From: an uncultured Spirochaetaceae bacterium | GTDB lineage: Bacteria; Spirochaetota; Spirochaetia; SZUA-6; Bin103 | Assembly: GCA_964618015.1 (NCBI GenBank) | Contig: CAZTZA010000005.1 | Span: forward strand, 16,113 to 50,472 | DNA: 34,360 nt | Direction of reading: 5' to 3' | Part shown: piece after piece, positions 28,239 through 34,360 of the stretch | Layout of the letters: each line of letters opens with the position of its first letter | Position numbering within the stretch: the first letter of the stretch is position 1 | Made by a program: the position numbers and the translations under genes | Notes under the pieces: model-generated | Told to the model about the DNA's origin: nothing | Databases searched by the model: none | Seen by the model: only the letters and a program-made list of their open reading frames with translations

Positions 28239-29345
28239 ATGGGCAATACTTTCGGCCATCTTTTTCGAGTCACGACATTTGGTGAGTCGCATGGTCCAGC
28301 CGTGGGTGCAGTCATCGACGGATGCCCCCCACTCCTCTCTCTCGAGGAGCAGGTCCTGCAGATTGAGCTAGACCGTTGACGACCTGGTCAGAGCAAACTG
28401 ACCAGTCAGCGACGCGAGACTGATAGGGCAGAGATTCTTTCAGGAGTGTTTGAAGGCCGCACTCTAGGCACTCCGATCGCCGTACTCGTACGGAATACGG
28501 ATGCTAAACCGCAGGACTATGAAGAAGTACGGCATGCCTACCGCCCATCTCACGCTGACTACACCTACCAGAGTAAGTACGGGATCAGAGCATGGATAGG
28601 AGGCGGTCGTGCCAGCGCACGCGAGACGGTCGGACGCGTTGCTGCAGGTGCAATCGCCCAAAAGCTATTGCGCGAGCACTGTGGAACCCAGGTATTGTCC
28701 TACGTCACTCAGGTTCAGTCGATCAAGGCGAAAATTGACCACAGGAAAGTAGATCGTGCCTCCGTAGAAAGGACCCCTATACGCTGTCCTGACCCTCAGG
28801 CAGCAAAAGAGATGATTGAGCAGATTGACGCTGCCCGAAAGGACGGCGACTCTCTTGGCGGTGTAGTTGAATCCGTGGTTCGTCGCGTTCCGCCCGGACT
28901 AGGTGAACCAGTTTTTGATAAATTGGAGGCTGATCTTGCCAAGGCTTTACTATCCCTACCGGCCTGTAAGGGTTTCGAAATCGGCTCGGGTTTCAGCGGA
29001 ACCCTGATGACAGGCTCAAGCCATAATGATCCGTTCTATGCGTCAGATGGACGTATCCATACTCGCACTAACCATTCCGGTGGGATCCAAGGAGGTATCA
29101 GCAATGGTGAGACGATTATCATACGCGCTGCCTTTAAACCAACCGCTACCATCCTGAAGGAGCAAGAAACTGTCGATGTTAGTGGAAATCCGACAACAAT
29201 TAAAGCTCGAGGCCGCCACGATCCGTGTGTACTCCCACGAGCAGTTCCACTCGTTGACGCAATGGTAGCCTTAGTCATAACCGACCACTTTCTTTTGCAG
29301 TCAGTAACGTCGCATAATGATCACGGCGATAAAACTTATGAATGA
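28239..29345 (+). pseudogene. aroC: Chorismate synthase interrupted by one in-frame TGA at codon 47 (28377-28379)
   Basis: From ATG 28239: [19 protein letters not shown]...ELDR*RPGQS, in frame with the 28446 ORF, which carries [30 protein letters not shown] and GRHDPC. Confidence 0.9.
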
Positions 29346-30333
29346 CAAAGAATTGAAGACGACCCCCACTGGCAGATGGATTTCGTATCGGCCAGAGATT
29401 AAGGTGCTAGACTGCACTATCCGGGACGGGGGACTGATGAACAATCACAAGTTCGCTGATGACACCGTTCGATCAGTCTACCAAGCATGCGTTGATAGTA
29501 GTGTCGACTACATGGAAATTGGCTACATTAACTCCCGTGACCAGTTTCCACCCGGGCAGTTTGGCCCTTGGAAGCATTGCTTAGAGAGCGATATACGTAG
29601 GATCGTGGGTAACAACGAAACGCCGCTAAAATTGGCAGCGATGGCTGACGCCGAAAAATGTGACTATAGACAGGACATCCTTCCCAAGTCAGAAAGCGTG
29701 CTCGACATGATCCGCGTAGCAACCTACATACACCAGCTACCGTTGGCTCTGGAAATGATTAGCGACGCTCATAACAAGGGCTACGAGACGAGCCTTAATC
29801 TAATGGCGCTCTCCACAATACCAGATCGTGCACTCAATGAGGGCCTTGCGCTAGCAGCTCAATCGGAAACAGACGTTGTCTGCATAGTCGACAGTTTCGG
29901 AGCTCTATATAGCGAGCAGATCGATTCCTACATGGAGACATTTCAAAAGTTTGCCACAGAAGGGAACAAGGCTGTTGGCATTCATGCCCATAACAACCGT
30001 CAGCTAGCATTTGCTAATACTATTCAAGGTACGATCAGAGGAGCCGATAGACTTGATGCTAGCATGGCTGGACTGGGACGCGGGGCGGGCAATTGCCCAA
30101 TTGAGCTATTGCTAAGCTTTCTCCATAACCCGAAATTTCGCCTGCGTCCCGCGTTAGAATGCATCCAGAACCACATTGAACCACTACGTGATGAGCTTAA
30201 ATGGGGATTCGACTATCCGTACATGATGACCGGAGTGCTAAACCAACACCCGCGTTCGGGGATGGAATTCAATGAATCAACTGATCGAGGTAACATCCTC
30301 CAGTTCTACGATTCTATCGAAGAACTGAGCTAG
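29338..30333 (+). CDS. DRE-TIM metallolyase (4-hydroxy-2-oxovalerate aldolase-like / HMGL-like)
   Basis: [14 protein letters not shown] and GLGRGAGN motifs. ATG 29338 overlaps the aroC end. Confidence 0.88.
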   Translation: MNDKELKTTPTGRWISYRPEIKVLDCTIRDGGLMNNHKFADDTVRSVYQACVDSSVDYMEIGYINSRDQFPPGQFGPWKHCLESDIRRIVGNNETPLKLAAMADAEKCDYRQDILPKSESVLDMIRVATYIHQLPLALEMISDAHNKGYETSLNLMALSTIPDRALNEGLALAAQSETDVVCIVDSFGALYSEQIDSYMETFQKFATEGNKAVGIHAHNNRQLAFANTIQGTIRGADRLDASMAGLGRGAGNCPIELLLSFLHNPKFRLRPALECIQNHIEPLRDELKWGFDYPYMMTGVLNQHPRSGMEFNESTDRGNILQFYDSIEELS

Positions 30334-30337
30334 CCAT

Positions 30338-31081
30338 TTGAAGACTCTAGTTCGGCCCACACCTGATCAAGTGCTCTCTGTAGAAACCCGATCCCAACTG
30401 GCACTTATCAATACTACCGCGGTAGTCGATACGTTAGTGCATAGTGGCTATGACACGCGCTACGTGTTCATGCCAAACCTTAAAAGCATGAATCCTGGCA
30501 AACGATTGGTAGCTAGAGCCATTACCGTCCGCTTTGTACCAGCCCGACCCGATGCAGTAAAAACTAAGCCTTCCAGAGAATCTTCAGCTGAATACGTCGC
30601 GTTTGAACAGGCTGGCCCAGGGGACGTTATTGTCATGGAAGCTATGAGGACTTCCCTGATGTCAGTCGGCGGCGACATCAAATTTCTCAGGCTGAAACAA
30701 CGCGGCGTAGACGGTCTAATTTGCGATGGTGGTATTCGAGATATGGACACTGTCTCCGAATACGGCGTCTCAATATGGGGGCTGGATAGGACAGCGGCTT
30801 TGGGAACACAGATGGGTTTTCCTTATACTGCTAACGATACTGTTTCTGTGGATGGAGTTCTGGTGCAACCAGGCGACTATCTGGTTGCTGACGATGACGG
30901 CGTTGTCGTTATTCCACGTGCCATAGCACCTGAGATAGCTAAGAAAACTATCGAACGAGACGATCTAGAAGAATGGATACGGCGCCGTCTAGATGAGGAG
31001 AACCTCTCCGCTGGAAAGTACTACCCACCCGACGAAGAGACCTTCGCAGAATACCGCACCTGGAAGGCACAGCAGAAATAA
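30338..31081 (+). CDS. RraA/HMG-CHA aldolase family protein
   Basis: ARAITVRFVP, GPGDVIV, GGD, DGGIRD and PGDYLVADDDGVVVIP motifs. TTG start. Confidence 0.87.
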   Translation: MKTLVRPTPDQVLSVETRSQLALINTTAVVDTLVHSGYDTRYVFMPNLKSMNPGKRLVARAITVRFVPARPDAVKTKPSRESSAEYVAFEQAGPGDVIVMEAMRTSLMSVGGDIKFLRLKQRGVDGLICDGGIRDMDTVSEYGVSIWGLDRTAALGTQMGFPYTANDTVSVDGVLVQPGDYLVADDDGVVVIPRAIAPEIAKKTIERDDLEEWIRRRLDEENLSAGKYYPPDEETFAEYRTWKAQQK

Positions 31082-31160
31082 CAACTATCCTACTCGCAAG
31101 AATGTTCTTTGACCTGCGTAGACCTAAAAATCTTGACGTTAGATATATAGAACGAAAAGT

Positions 31161-33908
31161 TTAATGCGCGACAAGCCAGTTTTCGCCAATACCAATCTCG
31201 ACCTCGATTGGGGAAGCTATCGGTAACGCATCCCGCATCAGCCGGTGAACCAGTGGCACAATTTCATCTTGCTCATCACGATAAAGGTCGAATACCAATT
31301 CGTCATGCACCTGTAGGATCATCTTCGTACGAAGATTGCGGGCTACGAGCTCTTGTGAGATGTCGATCATAGCAATCTTGATCATGTCGGCGGCAGTACC
31401 CTGTATCGGCGCGTTGATAGCAATGCGCTCAGCAGCAGCCCGAAGTGTGCGATTTCGTGAGTTGATATCCCGCAGGAAGCGACGTCTGCCCTTGAGCGTT
31501 TCAACGTACTCATGCGCATGCGCAAATGCAACGACCTCGTCCATATAGGAACGGATCCCGGGATACTGGGCGAAATAACGTTCGATAATCTCACTTGCCT
31601 CTTGGCGTGATATTTTCAGCCGCTGAGCTAATCCGAACGAGGACATGCCATAGGCGATGCCATAGTTGACCATCTTAGACTTACTACGCATTTCCAACGT
31701 AATCTCCTCAAGCGGCACGTCATAAACCCGAGAAGCGGTAGCGGCATGAATGTCAACGTCAGTGCTAAGGTCATCTAGCATCGATTCCTCTCCTGCGAAT
31801 GAAGCAAGAATACGGAGCTCAATCTGTGAGTAATCTGCCGACAACAGCAAATAGTCGGGACTACGCGGTACAAACGCACGACGAATTTCCCTGCCCTTGG
31901 CAGTGCGAATCGGGATATTTTGCAGGTTTGGATTCTCTGAGTTGAGACGCCCGGTAGCTGCTGCTAATTGGTTGAAAGTAGTGTGGATGCAGCCGGTCTC
32001 TTTGAACACCGCTGTTGGCAGCGAATCTACGTAGGTTGATTTAAGCTTTTGAACAACACGGTATTTCAGCAGCATCGGGATTACTGGATGGCGGTCAACA
32101 TAGCGCGAGAGCTGCTGCTCATTAGTCGTGTATTGTCCAGTACGTGTCTTTTTTGGGTTAGCATCAATTTGTAATCGATCGAACAGAATCTCACCCAGCT
32201 GCTTCGGTGAATTAAGATTGAACTCTGTCCCTACTGACTCATAAATGCTCAGCTCCAGATCATGAATCTCTACACTGAGCTGATCCGCGTAATCATATAG
32301 GACCTGAACGTCAACGGTTACTCCAGCGCGTTCCATGTCGACCAACACAGATATCAATGGGCTCTCTATCTCGTTGCAGACCGTTTCGTATTTAGAATCG
32401 ACAATCTTTTCCCCAAATACTGCCTGGAGCTGTAGAGCTATATCAGCCGATTCAGCCGCATACTCGGCCAATTCCACCTTTTGTACGTCTTGCAATGATG
32501 GCTGATCCGTCCCTTCTTGGCCGCTTAATGAAGAAAGCATAACAGGTGAGTAGCGCAGGAAGTGTTGAGCAAGTTGATCCAGATGATGTCGTCCGTCCGG
32601 ATCATGGAGTCCGTTGGTGACATGAGTGTCACGTAAGGTGCCGGCTACTCTGATGCCATGCCATGCAAGCACGCTTATAGCACTCTTGAGGTGATGTCCA
32701 ATCTTGATCAACGTTTTCGATTCGAAGACAGGGCGCACGTCTTCAAGCACCTGCCTATAACCCTCCTCATCGTCAACCGGGAAAGGTACGTAGGTAGCGT
32801 GATGCGCAGCCGTAGAAAATGCGACACCCATAATTGCTGCACATTTCAGATCGTCAGTGGTGCTCTGTAGTGCAATCGCTACCGTCTCCTTTCCAAGAAT
32901 CCCTGAAACTAACTCTCGTCTATCCTCCGCCGTACGGGCTATCCCATAGTCGTGTGCGGTGTTCTCAATGTTATCTATGCCGCATGAATCTTCAGCGTTC
33001 GGCATATCTTTGCCAAACAACCGTTCTTTTAGCAGACGAAATTCCAAACGATCAAAAATATCTATCGTAGCTTTTGGATCCGGATCGCGCCGAATGAACC
33101 CATCCAGATCGAACTCCATCTCAAGGTCAACATCAATTGTAGCCAGCCGTTTGGACAGGAGAGCTTGCTCGGAAAATTTTTCGATCCGTTCCCTCTGCTT
33201 CCCTTTGAGTTGCCCTACGTTCTCGATTATCCCTTCAACGGTACCGAACTGAGCTAAGAGTTTCTGTGCAGTCTTGTTGCCAACACCGGGGACCCCTGGG
33301 ATATTGTCAACAGAGTCTCCGACTAACGCCAACATATCGATTACCTGTGGTACTGCAGTAATCCCCCAGTACTTGCACACCTCACTGGGTCCAAGAAACA
33401 ACGGAGAGTTACCCGATGTACGACTTAGACGGTACATCGTAGTCCTATTAGTCACTAATTGAGTTAGATCCTTGTCTGGCGTCACTAAATAATTGTGAAA
33501 ACCAGCAGTTTGAGCTTTGTAGGCGATGGTACCAATCATGTCATCCGCCTCCGCCCCGTGGCAGATTATCTCAGGAATACGCAAGGCCTGCGTGATAGCG
33601 TGCACCTCTTCGAGAGATTCCACCATCTCCTCTGGTGCCTTCTCCCTCTGCGCCTTGTATTGACTATATTCCTCATGACGTCTATTTCGACCTGGGCCAT
33701 CGAAAACAACGACCAGGTGGGTCGGCTGTTCGTCCTCGATAATCTTTAGCAGCGAGTTTGTATAGCCAAACGCTGCTGACACATTGACTCCGCCGGCAGT
33801 TAGCCTTGGATTAGATTGGAAAGCAAAATAAGCCTGATAGACGATCGGCATACCGTCAATCAGGAACAGTCTCCGATCCTGATGAGTCTCTACACCGTTG
33901 ACGCTCAC
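31161..33908 (-). CDS. polA: DNA polymerase I
   Basis: 5'-3' exonuclease (LIDG, EADD, DKD, GDSVDNIPGVPGVG.KTA), TGRL, motif A DYSQIELR, motif B R..SK..NYG..YG and motif C VHDE. Confidence 0.97.
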   Translation of the reverse strand: MSVNGVETHQDRRLFLIDGMPIVYQAYFAFQSNPRLTAGGVNVSAAFGYTNSLLKIIEDEQPTHLVVVFDGPGRNRRHEEYSQYKAQREKAPEEMVESLEEVHAITQALRIPEIICHGAEADDMIGTIAYKAQTAGFHNYLVTPDKDLTQLVTNRTTMYRLSRTSGNSPLFLGPSEVCKYWGITAVPQVIDMLALVGDSVDNIPGVPGVGNKTAQKLLAQFGTVEGIIENVGQLKGKQRERIEKFSEQALLSKRLATIDVDLEMEFDLDGFIRRDPDPKATIDIFDRLEFRLLKERLFGKDMPNAEDSCGIDNIENTAHDYGIARTAEDRRELVSGILGKETVAIALQSTTDDLKCAAIMGVAFSTAAHHATYVPFPVDDEEGYRQVLEDVRPVFESKTLIKIGHHLKSAISVLAWHGIRVAGTLRDTHVTNGLHDPDGRHHLDQLAQHFLRYSPVMLSSLSGQEGTDQPSLQDVQKVELAEYAAESADIALQLQAVFGEKIVDSKYETVCNEIESPLISVLVDMERAGVTVDVQVLYDYADQLSVEIHDLELSIYESVGTEFNLNSPKQLGEILFDRLQIDANPKKTRTGQYTTNEQQLSRYVDRHPVIPMLLKYRVVQKLKSTYVDSLPTAVFKETGCIHTTFNQLAAATGRLNSENPNLQNIPIRTAKGREIRRAFVPRSPDYLLLSADYSQIELRILASFAGEESMLDDLSTDVDIHAATASRVYDVPLEEITLEMRSKSKMVNYGIAYGMSSFGLAQRLKISRQEASEIIERYFAQYPGIRSYMDEVVAFAHAHEYVETLKGRRRFLRDINSRNRTLRAAAERIAINAPIQGTAADMIKIAMIDISQELVARNLRTKMILQVHDELVFDLYRDEQDEIVPLVHRLMRDALPIASPIEVEIGIGENWLVAH

Positions 33909-33913
33909 GTCCG

Positions 33914-34360
33914 TTAGGTTACTTCCCGGCCCCTTGCCATCACAACTTTTCCCGTACGAACCATCTCCACGATACCAAACTTAGCCAACATGCCGAGCAG
34001 CGCATCGAGCTTTTCCGACGATCCGGTAGACTTCAGTATCATAGACTGTTCAGTAAGATCTTCGGTACTACATTCAAAGTGATCACAGATTTGCAAGGCC
34101 TCAGTGCGCTGATCTGAAGAACAAGAGATCTTCACCAGCGCTAGCTCTTGTACCACCGCATCATCGGAAGTGTGATCGAAACAGTGCAGTACATCCACTA
34201 GCTTACCGACGCCTTTAATAATCTGATCAAGGCCCTGCGGATCTCCGGAAGCGCCAATCGTCATACGGGAATAAATGCCATCTCCCGCCGGTGAGACCAC
34301 CAGTGACTCAATGTTGTAAGCACGCCGATAAGTCTTATCAATATGCATGATGTCGGACGG
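33914..34360 (-). CDS. ilvN: Acetolactate synthase small (regulatory) subunit, 5' part outside window
   Basis: RR.YNIESL, SRMTI, KLVDV, ELALVKI and EMVRTG motifs. The ACT N-terminus is missing. Confidence 0.88.
   Translation of the reverse strand, partial: PSDIMHIDKTYRRAYNIESLVVSPAGDGIYSRMTIGASGDPQGLDQIIKGVGKLVDVLHCFDHTSDDAVVQELALVKISCSSDQRTEALQICDHFECSTEDLTEQSMILKSTGSSEKLDALLGMLAKFGIVEMVRTGKVVMARGREVT

Noticed and set aside
31-33749. Numerous 60-135 aa ORFs in the track that overlap tRNAs or lie antisense or out-of-frame within identified genes
   Set aside because: Shadow ORFs with no recognisable motifs, fully explained by the overlapping real genes.
1-34360. CRISPR arrays, IS elements, prophage or defence genes
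   Set aside because: No regularly spaced short repeats, and no transposase, integrase, phage or known defence motifs seen.

Overview
Bacterial chromosomal DNA of roughly 50% GC, most likely from a Spirochaetota member. This rests on the ffh-rpsP-khpA-rimM-trmD-rplS...rpmF-acpP-rnc/cca block, the short smc-rnhB-PUR/DUF3276 block and the Ffh 'DSDTRGG' motif, all resembling Borrelia/Treponema from my recollection (no search run). The left part (1-19.2 kb) is core housekeeping: tRNA-Tyr, tRNA-Thr, aroH, thiamine diphosphokinase, CCA-adding enzyme, rnc, acpP, ribosomal and SRP genes, smc, rnhB and tRNA-Gly. It is interrupted by a four-gene block: an S41/tricorn-like peptidase lacking its catalytic residues, two paralogous beta-propeller lipoproteins, and an atypical FtsH-like protease. 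After tRNA-Gly comes an accessory-looking region: an RNHCP protein, a PHP hydrolase, an exact 1,021-bp tandem duplication of a PhyH dioxygenase, an enolase-superfamily dehydratase, nudC, a ~20% GC spacer and a secreted vanadium haloperoxidase. The window ends with aroC broken by one in-frame TGA, two aldolase-family genes, a polA with dead proofreading motifs and a natural Tyr762, and a truncated ilvN. I found no CRISPR array, integrase, transposase or rRNA.
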